From: a bacterium
GTDB taxonomy: Bacteria; Patescibacteriota; Minisyncoccia; Phycocordibacterales; Zambryskibacteraceae
Assembly (NCBI GenBank): GCA_023266935.1
Contig: JAHFOF010000003.1
Span: 1 to 57,461 of the forward strand
DNA length: 57,461 nt
Direction of reading: 5' to 3'
Shown: positions 38,804 through 47,646 of the stretch, piece by piece
Layout: the number at the start of each line of letters is the position of its first letter
Position numbering within the stretch: the first letter of the stretch is position 1
Translations under genes and position numbers: made by a program
The notes under the pieces: generated by a model
Database searches by the model: none
Told to the model about the DNA's origin: nothing
What the model saw: only the letters and a program-made list of their open reading frames with translations

Positions 38804-39841
38804 ATGAAGAAAGCTTTAATCACGGGTATCACCGGTCAGGACGGTTCATACCTCGCCGAACTATTATTAGACAAGGGTTATGAGGTTCATGGCCTGATTC
38901 GTCGTTCAAGTTCTTTTAATACTGGTCGCTTGAACCATATCTACAAAGATCCTCACGAGAAAAGCAGACGTTTGATTCTGCACTACGGAGATCTTTCTGA
39001 TTCTTCAAACCTAAATAGAATTTTGGAAAAAGTTAAACCCCATGAAATCTATCACCTCGGGGCCCAAAGCCATGTTCGAGTCAGTTTTGATTTGCCAGAA
39101 TATACTGGAGATGTCACGGGGCTTGGTACTCTTCGTCTTTTGGATGCTATTCGCGAAACGGGAATAAAAACTAAATTTTATCAAGCATCTTCGAGTGAAA
39201 TGTTCGGCAAGGCGGTTGAACTTCCTTTGAGGGAAACCACACCGTTCTATCCCCGTTCTCCATACGGAGTGGCCAAGGTTTATGCTTATTGGATTACTAA
39301 AAATTATAGAGAAAGCTACGGCATGTTCGCTGTGAACGGTATCCTCTTCAATCATGAGTCTCCTCGTAGAGGAGAAACGTTTGTGACAAAAAAAATTACT
39401 CGTGCGCTGGCCAGAATAAAACTGGGTAAAGAGAAAAAACTTTTTCTCGGAAACTTGGATGCCAAGCGTGACTGGGGCCATGCCCAAGATTTCGTTTATG
39501 CCATGTGGCTCATGCTTCAAGCTAAGGAGCCAGATGATTTTGTTATTGCCACAAACGAAACCCACAGTGTAAGGGAATTCGTAGAAGAATCAGCTAAAAT
39601 TCTAGGCATGAATATTGTTTGGAAAGGAAAAGGTTTAAAGGAAAAAGGTGTTGATACGAAAACGGGCAAGACGATTATAGAAATAGATCCTAGATACTAT
39701 CGACCTTCAGAAGTAGATGTCCTCATTGGGGATTATTCGAAAGCTAAGAAAAAACTCGGCTGGAAACCAAAAATAAAATTCAAAGAATTAGTGAGACTGA
39801 TGACCGAAGCAGATTTGAAAAAAGAACAGGGTGTGATATAG
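38804..39841 (+). CDS. gmd: GDP-mannose 4,6-dehydratase
   Basis: 345 aa. [47 protein letters not shown].. with SSSEMFG and [10 protein letters not shown] catalytic motifs. Confidence 0.9.
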   Translation: MKKALITGITGQDGSYLAELLLDKGYEVHGLIRRSSSFNTGRLNHIYKDPHEKSRRLILHYGDLSDSSNLNRILEKVKPHEIYHLGAQSHVRVSFDLPEYTGDVTGLGTLRLLDAIRETGIKTKFYQASSSEMFGKAVELPLRETTPFYPRSPYGVAKVYAYWITKNYRESYGMFAVNGILFNHESPRRGETFVTKKITRALARIKLGKEKKLFLGNLDAKRDWGHAQDFVYAMWLMLQAKEPDDFVIATNETHSVREFVEESAKILGMNIVWKGKGLKEKGVDTKTGKTIIEIDPRYYRPSEVDVLIGDYSKAKKKLGWKPKIKFKELVRLMTEADLKKEQGVI

Positions 39842-39850
39842 TGTTTACCT

Positions 39851-40771
39851 ATGAAAAAAGCACTTGTAATAGGAGCCGGTGGATTCATCGGCCATAATTT
39901 GATTAGAAGACTAAAAGGTGAAGGTTGGTGGGTTAAGGGTATTGATTTAAAAAATCCAGAATACGAAGGCACTCATGCAGATGAGTTTTTAATTGCTGAT
40001 GCTTCTGTGGATAAGATAATCGACCAAAAATATGACCGTATTTATCAACTCGCCGCAGATATGGGCGGAGCTGGATTCGTTTTCACCGGAGAAAATGATG
40101 CTGATATCCTTACTAACTCTCTAGGAGTAAATATAAACGTTCTTAAACAGGTTGAAAAGGTTGGGGTTGGCACAATCTTCTATTCATCATCTGTTTGCGC
40201 TTATCCAGATGAAGTACCAGGGGTAGAATCAGATGCCTATCCAGCTAACCCACCATCAAACTATGGGTGGGAAAAGCTGACGAGCGAACGACTCTTCCTT
40301 GCTTATCATAAAAACAAAGGAGTGAATATTAGGATTGCTCGTTTTCATAACTGTTTTGGTCCTCATGGAACATACAAAGGTGGTAGAGAAAAATCCCCTG
40401 CTGCTATCTGTAGAAAAATCATTGAATCAGATGGAGAAATTGAAATTTGGGGAGACGGCGAACAGCTTCGACCTTTCATCTACATCGAAGACCTGTTGGA
40501 TGGTGTTGAAGCTTTAATGACTTCAAATTTTATTGGTCCAATAAATATCGGCCCATCTGATGGAATAACTATTAATGAACTCATAAATATTGTTTCTGAA
40601 TTGTCTGGAAAAACGTTTACCATCAAAAGAATCCCAGGTCCTACTGGTGGAGCAAAGAGGTACGCCAACAACGACTTGGCCAAAAAACACCTCAACTGGT
40701 CTCCTAAACTACCACTCAAAGAATCTCTGAAAAAAACTCACGATTGGATTAAAAGTGAAATGGAAAAATAG
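39851..40771 (+). CDS. NAD-dependent epimerase, GDP-mannose 3,5-epimerase (GME)-like
   Basis: 306 aa. LAADMGGAGF, ARFHNCFGPHGTYKGGREKSPAAICRK, WGDGEQLRPF and IPGPTGG..R..N closely parallel plant and bacterial GME rather than Fcl/WcaG. Confidence 0.6.
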   Translation: MKKALVIGAGGFIGHNLIRRLKGEGWWVKGIDLKNPEYEGTHADEFLIADASVDKIIDQKYDRIYQLAADMGGAGFVFTGENDADILTNSLGVNINVLKQVEKVGVGTIFYSSSVCAYPDEVPGVESDAYPANPPSNYGWEKLTSERLFLAYHKNKGVNIRIARFHNCFGPHGTYKGGREKSPAAICRKIIESDGEIEIWGDGEQLRPFIYIEDLLDGVEALMTSNFIGPINIGPSDGITINELINIVSELSGKTFTIKRIPGPTGGAKRYANNDLAKKHLNWSPKLPLKESLKKTHDWIKSEMEK

Positions 40772-41068
40772 ATGCCAGCAGGAAAATTCCATCATATAGT
40801 TTTATTTAAACTGTACGATGGAGTAAGTTTAGAACAGAAACAAAAAGCTATAGAAATACTAAAATCTTTAGGGGAAAATAATTCTGATATCATAGAATCA
40901 ACCGTCTTGGAATCTTTAGATAGTAAAAAAGGAGTTATTCTTGTAGAAAACTTTGTATTCAAAGATCTAGATTCTACAGAAAAATTCAAAGAATCTAAGG
41001 AACACAAAGAAACCGGGATCTATATGTCTACAATTTCCGATTGGTGGATTGGTGACTACTTTTTATAA
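40772..41068 (+). CDS. Dabb (stress-responsive alpha/beta barrel) family protein
   Basis: 98 aa. GKFHHIVLFKL..GVSLEQKQKAIEILKSL matches the Dabb N-terminal pattern. Confidence 0.5.
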   Translation: MPAGKFHHIVLFKLYDGVSLEQKQKAIEILKSLGENNSDIIESTVLESLDSKKGVILVENFVFKDLDSTEKFKESKEHKETGIYMSTISDWWIGDYFL

Positions 41069-41083
41069 AAATAAAAGGATTAC

Positions 41084-41112
41084 TTGACAAAACTAATTAA
41101 ATTGTGTATTAT
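41084..41112 (+). promoter_or_regulatory. putative promoter of the Nudix gene
   Basis: TTGACA (41084-41089), a 17-nt spacer, then TATTAT (41107-41112). The leader carries a strong SD GGAGGA (41153-41158) 5 nt before the TTG start. Confidence 0.55.
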
Positions 41113-41163
41113 TCACACTAGACTGCTTCATTTGATCTAACCATTATTCATTGGAGGAATACC

Positions 41164-41625
41164 TTGCCTAGCCCAACGTCTGGGTCGACTCGAATGAGTG
41201 ACGCGGCGTACAACTACATCTTCGATCATGTTCCTCGTCTTTGCGTGGATGTGATAATAAGAGACATTCAGGCGCCAGATCACGTTTTACTTTCACTTCG
41301 TGACATCGAACCATTCAAGGGTTCATGGCACATTCCTGGTGGGCGAGTTCATAAGGGTGAGCTTGTTGGAGAAGCTACCATTCGAATCGCCAGAGCCGAA
41401 ACTGGGTTAGAGGTGATGTTCAAGAAACTCCTTGATTTCTCTGAGTATACAAACGAAATTCGCAACGGCCATGTAGGTCATTCTGTGAGTTTGGTTGTAG
41501 AGGCTGACATCATCGGTGGATCTTTGAAAAAGGATCACCAGGCCACCGAACTTCGATACTGGAACACCGTGCCTCCAATCGTACTTCCGGCTCATCATTC
41601 GGTTCTGTTCAAGTTCATGGGATAG
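41164..41625 (+). CDS. Nudix hydrolase, GDP-mannose mannosyl hydrolase (Gmm/WcaH)-like
   Basis: 153 aa with a TTG start. The Nudix box is GGRVHKGELVGEATIRIARAETGL. The overall layout resembles WcaH (WxxPGGRVxK.E). Confidence 0.65.
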   Translation: MPSPTSGSTRMSDAAYNYIFDHVPRLCVDVIIRDIQAPDHVLLSLRDIEPFKGSWHIPGGRVHKGELVGEATIRIARAETGLEVMFKKLLDFSEYTNEIRNGHVGHSVSLVVEADIIGGSLKKDHQATELRYWNTVPPIVLPAHHSVLFKFMG

Positions 41626-41643
41626 TGATTGAACAGAAGCCAA

Positions 41644-41671
41644 AACCTCTCGACTTGTCGGGAGGTTTTTT
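41644..41671 (+). terminator. rho-independent terminator after the Nudix gene
   Basis: AACCTCTCGA-CTTG-TCGGGAGGTT (10-bp stem) followed by TTTTATATT. Confidence 0.8.
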
Positions 41672-41698
41672 ATATTCAAATTATCCTCAAGAGACAAT

Positions 41699-41726
41699 TT
41701 GACACCTTTTGACACTTTGGTATACT
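41699..41726 (+). promoter_or_regulatory. near-consensus promoter of the glycan operon
   Basis: TTGACA (41699-41704), a 16-nt spacer ending in tgg, then TATACT (41721-41726). The first ATG (41739) is 12 nt downstream. Confidence 0.6.
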
Positions 41727-41738
41727 AGGTCTAATTAT

Positions 41739-41984
41739 ATGCAAGAAATTAAGCCTTTGGCGGTTTATACAACCGACGAAACTAGAGACGTCCTCCGCAT
41801 CAGTGACAGCACTATTAAACGCATGCTTAAAAAAGGTTTAATTCGCGCAAACAAAGTAGGTGGGCAATATAGAATAATGGGCAAAGAAATTCTCCGTCTC
41901 GTCTCTCCTGAGCTTGAAAAGGAGGCTATAAGTTCATATCAAATTTTGAAAAAGAAGATCGTCAATAAAATAAACAGATGGTAA
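41739..41984 (+). CDS. HTH_17/excisionase-family DNA-binding protein
   Basis: The ORF track starts at 41709 (TTG), which lies inside the promoter, so the ATG at 41739 is preferred. YTTDETRDVLRISDSTIKRMLKKGLIRANKVGGQYRIMGKEILRLV. The stop overlaps the next start (ATGGTAA). Confidence 0.7.
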   Translation: MQEIKPLAVYTTDETRDVLRISDSTIKRMLKKGLIRANKVGGQYRIMGKEILRLVSPELEKEAISSYQILKKKIVNKINRW

Positions 41985-42823
41985 AATCAGAAACTCACAT
42001 GAGCGATCAGGTCACCGTTATCCGTCCAAAAAAAATGTTCAGTTTGGACGATATAAAAGAAATTTGGAGGTTTAAAGAACTTCTCTTTTTCTTCACTTGG
42101 AGAGATTTAAAGGTTCGATACAAACAAACTATCGTGGGAGTTGGTTGGGCCATCTTTCAACCTTTCATGACCATGGTGGTGTTCAGTGTTTTCTTTGGAA
42201 ATCTCCTTAAGGTGCCTTCGGACAATATTCCCTACCCCATTTTCGTTTACACCGGACTTCTTTTCTGGCAGTTTTTCTCTGGAGCTCTTTCTTCCACTTC
42301 GAGCACTTTAATTTCTAATCAATCAATTATTACCAAAGTTTATTTTCCTCGTCTCATCCTTCCTCTATCCGCTGTAGTCACAGAATTAGTAGACTTCGCT
42401 GTCGCTGGAGTAATGCTCATAGTACTGATGTTTTATTTTCATTACACTCCACATATCGCTGGCTTGCTCATTCTTCCTCTTCTTCTTATTATTACTTTCC
42501 TCGCAGCCGTGGGAGGTGGACTCTTCCTCGCTTCTATAAATGTAAAGTATCGTGATGTTCGCTATGTCTTGCCTTACTTTATCCAAATGCTCCTATTCAT
42601 TACCCCGGTTATCTATCCCTCATCTATTGCTGGTAAGTGGTCTTGGGTCCTCGCTGTTAATCCTATGACCGGAGTGATTAAAGCCGCCCGAGGTGCACTT
42701 CTGGGTACAGAGCCTATCAATTGGACATTGCTTATGATTTCTTTGGTGGCAGTTTCTGTTTTGATGATCATTGGAGTTTATTTCTTCAAGAAAACGGAGA
42801 GATATTTCGCTGATATCGTATAA
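41978..42823 (+). CDS. ABC-2 type polysaccharide/teichoic acid export permease (Wzm/TagG-like)
   Basis: 281 aa and 6 TM helices. FKELLFFFTWRDLKVRYKQTIVGVGWAIFQPF is the typical ABC-2 N-terminal signature. Confidence 0.85.
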   Translation: MVKSETHMSDQVTVIRPKKMFSLDDIKEIWRFKELLFFFTWRDLKVRYKQTIVGVGWAIFQPFMTMVVFSVFFGNLLKVPSDNIPYPIFVYTGLLFWQFFSGALSSTSSTLISNQSIITKVYFPRLILPLSAVVTELVDFAVAGVMLIVLMFYFHYTPHIAGLLILPLLLIITFLAAVGGGLFLASINVKYRDVRYVLPYFIQMLLFITPVIYPSSIAGKWSWVLAVNPMTGVIKAARGALLGTEPINWTLLMISLVAVSVLMIIGVYFFKKTERYFADIV

Positions 42824-42827
42824 ATTT

Positions 42828-44111
42828 ATGAATAAACCCATCATAGAAATAAAGAATCTGTCGAAGAGATACAACATCACCCATCACCGTGGTGGATATG
42901 TTGCGCTTCGAGACATTATAGCTAACACCATTAAAAGTCCTTTAAAGTTTTTAAAAAACAAAGCAAATTCTGTTCTAGGTCGAGAAGTTCAAGAAGAGTT
43001 TTGGGCTTTAAAAGATATAAATTTTACCGTTCATGAAGGCGAAGCGATCGGTATCATCGGTGCGAATGGTGCTGGGAAGTCTACTCTGCTTAAAATCCTT
43101 TCGAAGATTACTCCTCCAACAACTGGTGAAGCGATTCTCCGTGGCAAGGTTGCTTCCCTACTCGAAGTCGGCACAGGATTCCACCCAGAACTTACGGGCA
43201 GAGAAAATATTTTCCTTAATGGAGCTATCTTGGGTATGTCCAGAAAAGAAATGGCTAAAAAGTTTGATGATATCGTGAAATTTTCTGGTGTAGAAAAGTT
43301 TTTAGATACTCCAGTAAAAAGATATTCTTCTGGAATGTATGTTCGCCTCGCCTTTTCTGTGGCTGCTCATATGGAACCAGATATTCTTATCGTCGATGAA
43401 GTGCTCGCCGTTGGTGATGCAGATTTTCAAAAGAAATGTTTAGGTAAAATGGATAGTGTGACCAAAGCTGAAGGACGAACCGTTCTTTTCGTCAGCCACA
43501 ACATGAGTGCTATCCAAAGTTTGTGTACTAAAGCTATTCTCCTTGAGAACGGCAAGATAAAAGCGATGGGCAAGACTGATGAAGTTATCGCCACTTATCT
43601 TAAAAATAATCCCTTGACCCAAGAAGGTTCAACTCTCCGTGAACGCAAAGATAGAAGGGGTAAAGGAGAAGTAAAATTAGTCTCATTTTTTGTTGAAGAT
43701 AATAATGGTGAGCGAGTTAGCTCTTTGGAAACAGGGGGTCATTATACTTTATGTTTTGGATACGAAACCGCTGATGAAAAACCTACACAAAATTTACATA
43801 TTGGTTCTCAGATAACTGCCGATGATGGCACCCCCCTTGCTCTTAATTGGGGCAAAAACACCAAACAAGAAATAAACAAAGCATCTGCGAAGGGAGTTAT
43901 CCGATGCGAAATAAAACAAAAGTTTCCATTTAATCCCGGCCTGTATCACATTTCAGCAAACTTATTTAGAGATAATGAAATAGAGGATTATATAAAAAAT
44001 CTTGGCGTTTTCGAAGTTAAAGAGGGTGATTTCCATAATCTAGGAATAAAAACAGAAAAAGATGGCAGACATATAACACTAGAGCAAGATTGGTCTATAA
44101 AAGAAAATTAA
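42828..44111 (+). CDS. polysaccharide export ABC ATPase (Wzt/TagH-like) with C-terminal beta-rich extension
   Basis: The ATG at 42828 (MNKPIIEIKNL) is preferred over 42771. Walker A is GANGAGKST, the signature is YSSGMYVRLAF and Walker B is ILIVDE. About 180 extra C-terminal residues (43578-44108) resemble Wzt_C glycan-binding domains. Confidence 0.85.
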   Translation: MNKPIIEIKNLSKRYNITHHRGGYVALRDIIANTIKSPLKFLKNKANSVLGREVQEEFWALKDINFTVHEGEAIGIIGANGAGKSTLLKILSKITPPTTGEAILRGKVASLLEVGTGFHPELTGRENIFLNGAILGMSRKEMAKKFDDIVKFSGVEKFLDTPVKRYSSGMYVRLAFSVAAHMEPDILIVDEVLAVGDADFQKKCLGKMDSVTKAEGRTVLFVSHNMSAIQSLCTKAILLENGKIKAMGKTDEVIATYLKNNPLTQEGSTLRERKDRRGKGEVKLVSFFVEDNNGERVSSLETGGHYTLCFGYETADEKPTQNLHIGSQITADDGTPLALNWGKNTKQEINKASAKGVIRCEIKQKFPFNPGLYHISANLFRDNEIEDYIKNLGVFEVKEGDFHNLGIKTEKDGRHITLEQDWSIKEN

Positions 44112-44112
44112 T

Positions 44113-45738
44113 ATGTCTATAGATAAACAATACAACGTACCGATTCTCATCATGGCCTTTAACCGAGCGAACATCACCCAGCAAGTTTTCGATATGGTGA
44201 AGAAAGTTAAACCCAAGCAACTCTTCTTCTTCGTAGATGGTCCAAGGAAAACAAAGGAGGGAGAGGAGGATTTGTGCAAGGCAACTAGGGATATTATCAA
44301 ACAAGTTGATTGGGATTGTGAGGTAAAGACTCTTTTCCTTGAAGAAAACGCCGGGATTCATGGGGTAGAATCTGGTCCAACCCAAGCCTTAAACTGGTTC
44401 TTTGGGCAAGTAGAACGGGGCATCGTATTCGAAGATGACTGCGTGCCTGATCCAAGCTTCTTCCCCTTCGTCGAAGAGATGCTCAACAAATACGAACACG
44501 ATGAACGAGTGATGCACATCAGTGGGAACAACTTCCAATTCGGCACCAAGCGTGGAGCGGACAACGATGCGAGCTACTACTTCTCTATATACCCCAGCTC
44601 TTGGGGTTGGGCTACCTGGCGCCGAGCATGGAAACACTTTGACCCAACACTACAAAGCTTCCCCGAGTTTCGTGATACAAACAAAATAGAAAAGATGACC
44701 ACAGAGAAAGATGCACAGAAAATATGGTTAGAAACCTTTAGGAAAGAATATTATGGTGAGTGGAAAACTTGGGACTACGAGTGGGTCTATGCGATCTGGG
44801 CGAACGGAGGGCTTTCTATTATCCCAAATGTAAACCTGATTAAAAATATTGGGTTTGGTGAACAAGCCACTTTTGGATTTTCTACTGATCATAAATATTC
44901 AAACTACCCTACAGAAAATATTCTACCTATCACTCATCCAACAGAAGTTAAACCGAACATCGAAGCAGATAGATATGTGTTTGAATCTTCATTTATGAGC
45001 ACTAAACCTCTAAAGAAAAAGATTAAGGATTATATTCTCCGCAAACTTTCTCGTCGAACCAAAAACATCATCAAGGTCGTAGTAGAATTTCCTAAAAAAG
45101 TCCAAGAAAACTATTTATTCAAACACCTTCAGGGCAAATATGCAGATTATTCGATGATTCCCCAAGAAACATTCAAAGAAAACCTCCGTCTGGCCAACTC
45201 GTTCAAGAGAATTAAAGGTTCAGTGGTCGAATGTGGAGTCTGGCGCGGAGGGATGAGTGCCTCTCTTGCTGAAATACTTGGACCGGAGAGAATGTATTAC
45301 CTATTCGACAGCTTTGAAGGCCTCCCTCCAGCTACAGACATGGATGGTTATAAAGCCAAACAATGGCAAAATGACAAGACATCAAAAATATATTTTGATA
45401 ACTGTTCTGCAGAAATGAAATACGCCGAAGAAGCGATGAAGAAATCTGGAGTGAAGAATTATGAATTAAAAAAAGGTTGGTTCATCGATTCCCTAAAAGA
45501 TTTTAAACCAAACTCCCCCATTGCTGTGCTTCGACTCGACGGAGATTGGTACGATTCAACTATGCAGTGCTTGGATGGTCTCTATAAATACGTAGTCTCT
45601 GGTGGAGTAATCATCATAGACGACTACTATACTTGGGAAGGTTGTTCGAGAGCTGTTCATGATTTTCTTTCTAAAAACCAATTGAGAGATGCTGTGCGAA
45701 CAAGCTCTGGTGGAGTGGCTTATATAACAAAAAACTAA
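44113..45738 (+). CDS. fusion: HlpA-like GT-A nucleotide-sugar transferase domain + TylF-type O-methyltransferase domain
   Basis: 541 aa. The N-terminal part is VPILIMAFNRANITQQVF..KPKQLFFFVDGPRK..DWDCEVKTLF..EDDCVPDPSFF. The C-terminal part is VECGVWRGGMS..LRLDGDWYDSTMQCL..GGVIIIDDY..W.G (macrocin/TylF family). Confidence 0.65.
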   Translation: MSIDKQYNVPILIMAFNRANITQQVFDMVKKVKPKQLFFFVDGPRKTKEGEEDLCKATRDIIKQVDWDCEVKTLFLEENAGIHGVESGPTQALNWFFGQVERGIVFEDDCVPDPSFFPFVEEMLNKYEHDERVMHISGNNFQFGTKRGADNDASYYFSIYPSSWGWATWRRAWKHFDPTLQSFPEFRDTNKIEKMTTEKDAQKIWLETFRKEYYGEWKTWDYEWVYAIWANGGLSIIPNVNLIKNIGFGEQATFGFSTDHKYSNYPTENILPITHPTEVKPNIEADRYVFESSFMSTKPLKKKIKDYILRKLSRRTKNIIKVVVEFPKKVQENYLFKHLQGKYADYSMIPQETFKENLRLANSFKRIKGSVVECGVWRGGMSASLAEILGPERMYYLFDSFEGLPPATDMDGYKAKQWQNDKTSKIYFDNCSAEMKYAEEAMKKSGVKNYELKKGWFIDSLKDFKPNSPIAVLRLDGDWYDSTMQCLDGLYKYVVSGGVIIIDDYYTWEGCSRAVHDFLSKNQLRDAVRTSSGGVAYITKN

Positions 45739-45739
45739 T

Positions 45740-46660
45740 ATGAATATCCAAAGCCCACTCACAGGTTCTACAAATACCAAAAAGGTCAAAGATATTTCTT
45801 CTAAAAAAATTATAGAGGCATACAAGAAAGATATGAGTGTGGATGTTTCTAAATATTTTAAAGATCTTGAAAATATAAGTATCTATGAATGCTTGGATTC
45901 TGGGTATAAATTTTATTACCCACCCACACTCGCTGGAGACAGTTCGTTCTACGAACAACTTCAGAAATTCCCTTGGTACTACATGAACTGGAAATGGGAG
46001 CACCAGAAAGCCTTGGAGATTATAGGTGAAGTCAAAAATCTACTCGAAGTGGGCTGTGGTCGAGGGGAGTTTATAGAGAAAGTTCAAAAGAAAGGCATAA
46101 ATTGTGTTGGACTTGAATTAAATGAAGATGTGGTCAAAGAAGGTGTAAAGAAAGGTGTAAAAATTTTGAATGAACCTATAGAAAAATATGCAGAAAAACA
46201 CATAAATGAATTCGATGTAATCTGTTCATTCCAAGTAGTAGAGCATATCACCAACGTTGGAGAATTTATCAAAGCATCTATAGTTGCCCTTAAACCAGGG
46301 GGTAAATTAATCGTTTGCGTCCCCAATAACGATTCTGTCTTGTATAAAATTGGAATAGATAATTATTTGAATATGCCTCCACACCACATGGGTCTGTGGG
46401 ACATGAATTCACTCATTAAACTCCCCCGATTCTTCTCCCTCAATGTTGATGCTGTTTATCTTGAACCTCTACAGTCGTACCATGCATGGTTTGCGAAGCG
46501 TGTGGCCGAGAACAAATTTAAAGAGAAATTGGATAGAAAAAAGCTTGGTTGGATACCTTTCTTGAAATCATTTGCGGACAGAATGATAAACATGACTGTT
46601 CGGGCTGTTTCTGATCACATAATTGGTCACAGCATTATGGTGGTTTATACCAAAAAATAA
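45740..46660 (+). CDS. class I SAM-dependent methyltransferase
   Basis: 306 aa. LLEVGCGRGEF is SAM motif I and LKPGGKLIV is the post-I motif. Confidence 0.75.
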   Translation: MNIQSPLTGSTNTKKVKDISSKKIIEAYKKDMSVDVSKYFKDLENISIYECLDSGYKFYYPPTLAGDSSFYEQLQKFPWYYMNWKWEHQKALEIIGEVKNLLEVGCGRGEFIEKVQKKGINCVGLELNEDVVKEGVKKGVKILNEPIEKYAEKHINEFDVICSFQVVEHITNVGEFIKASIVALKPGGKLIVCVPNNDSVLYKIGIDNYLNMPPHHMGLWDMNSLIKLPRFFSLNVDAVYLEPLQSYHAWFAKRVAENKFKEKLDRKKLGWIPFLKSFADRMINMTVRAVSDHIIGHSIMVVYTKK

Positions 46661-46662
46661 TT

Positions 46663-47646
46663 ATGATAATTATTCGAGACATAAATAAAAGAAACTTTTA
46701 TAGATGGGCATCACAAATGTCGTACTTTTTCACCCCAACCTCAAAAGGTTTCAAAGATGCTTCAAAAAAATATAGAGGAATTTATGAAGATTATATAAAA
46801 AAATCTAACGATTATTCAGATTTTATGGTTCCTGGTTGGAGAGAAAATGAAACGAAAATTAAATATTATTTTATGGATAAGTTTAATAATTCATTCTTAA
46901 ATAATCCCATTATTCGCTCAACGATGTTTATGGATTTTGCCGGAGAACAACAAAAAAATGAATTGAATTATTTAAAAAATCGAATACCGGAAAAAGATTT
47001 AAAACAACTACTAAAGGAAAATAACATCGGCAATCCAACAATTACTAATTTCCACTACAACACTTCTCATAACACTATCCACCATCTCACTCACCTATTT
47101 AAATTCCTAGATGTGACAAAAAACAAAGTTCAGAAGAAATTTTCAAATATCCATCAAGTAGTTGAATGGGGCGGAGGGTACGGAAACTTGGCCAAAATTT
47201 TCTTAAAACTTAACCCCGAAGTAACTTATATAATCATAGACATACCTGTTTTCTCTTTTATACAAGCTATCTATCTATCAGTTGTATGCGACAAGGAAAA
47301 GATTAATCTCATATTGAATCAAGAAGATTCTATTGAAAAAGGAAAAATAAACATCATCCCCCTTAATGAATCTTTACTCAATAATCTTAATATCACAAAT
47401 ACAGATTTGTTTATAAGTACTTGGGCATTAAGTGAATCAACAAAATACGCTATAGAATATGTTACCTCTAAAAATTTCTTTAATGCAAAATATCTATTAA
47501 TTGCCCATCAAGCAAAATCAGAATTCACTCCATATTCTGAAACTATAAAAGACAACTTATCTAAATTTAATATTCTTTATCATGAAAAAATTCCTCTTCT
47601 AAAAAATAATTACTATTTATTCGCAGAACAAAAAAATGAAATATAA
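46663..47646 (+). CDS. putative sugar O-methyltransferase-like protein
   Basis: 327 aa and very AT-rich. VVEWGGGYGNLAKIFLKLNPEVTYIIIDIP resembles a SAM-binding motif I. No stronger assignment is possible by eye. Confidence 0.45.
   Translation: MIIIRDINKRNFYRWASQMSYFFTPTSKGFKDASKKYRGIYEDYIKKSNDYSDFMVPGWRENETKIKYYFMDKFNNSFLNNPIIRSTMFMDFAGEQQKNELNYLKNRIPEKDLKQLLKENNIGNPTITNFHYNTSHNTIHHLTHLFKFLDVTKNKVQKKFSNIHQVVEWGGGYGNLAKIFLKLNPEVTYIIIDIPVFSFIQAIYLSVVCDKEKINLILNQEDSIEKGKINIIPLNESLLNNLNITNTDLFISTWALSESTKYAIEYVTSKNFFNAKYLLIAHQAKSEFTPYSETIKDNLSKFNILYHEKIPLLKNNYYLFAEQKNEI

Noticed and set aside
39011-39565. A 184-aa minus-strand ORF inside gmd.
   Set aside because: It is antisense to a very well supported gmd CDS, and its translation has no recognisable features.
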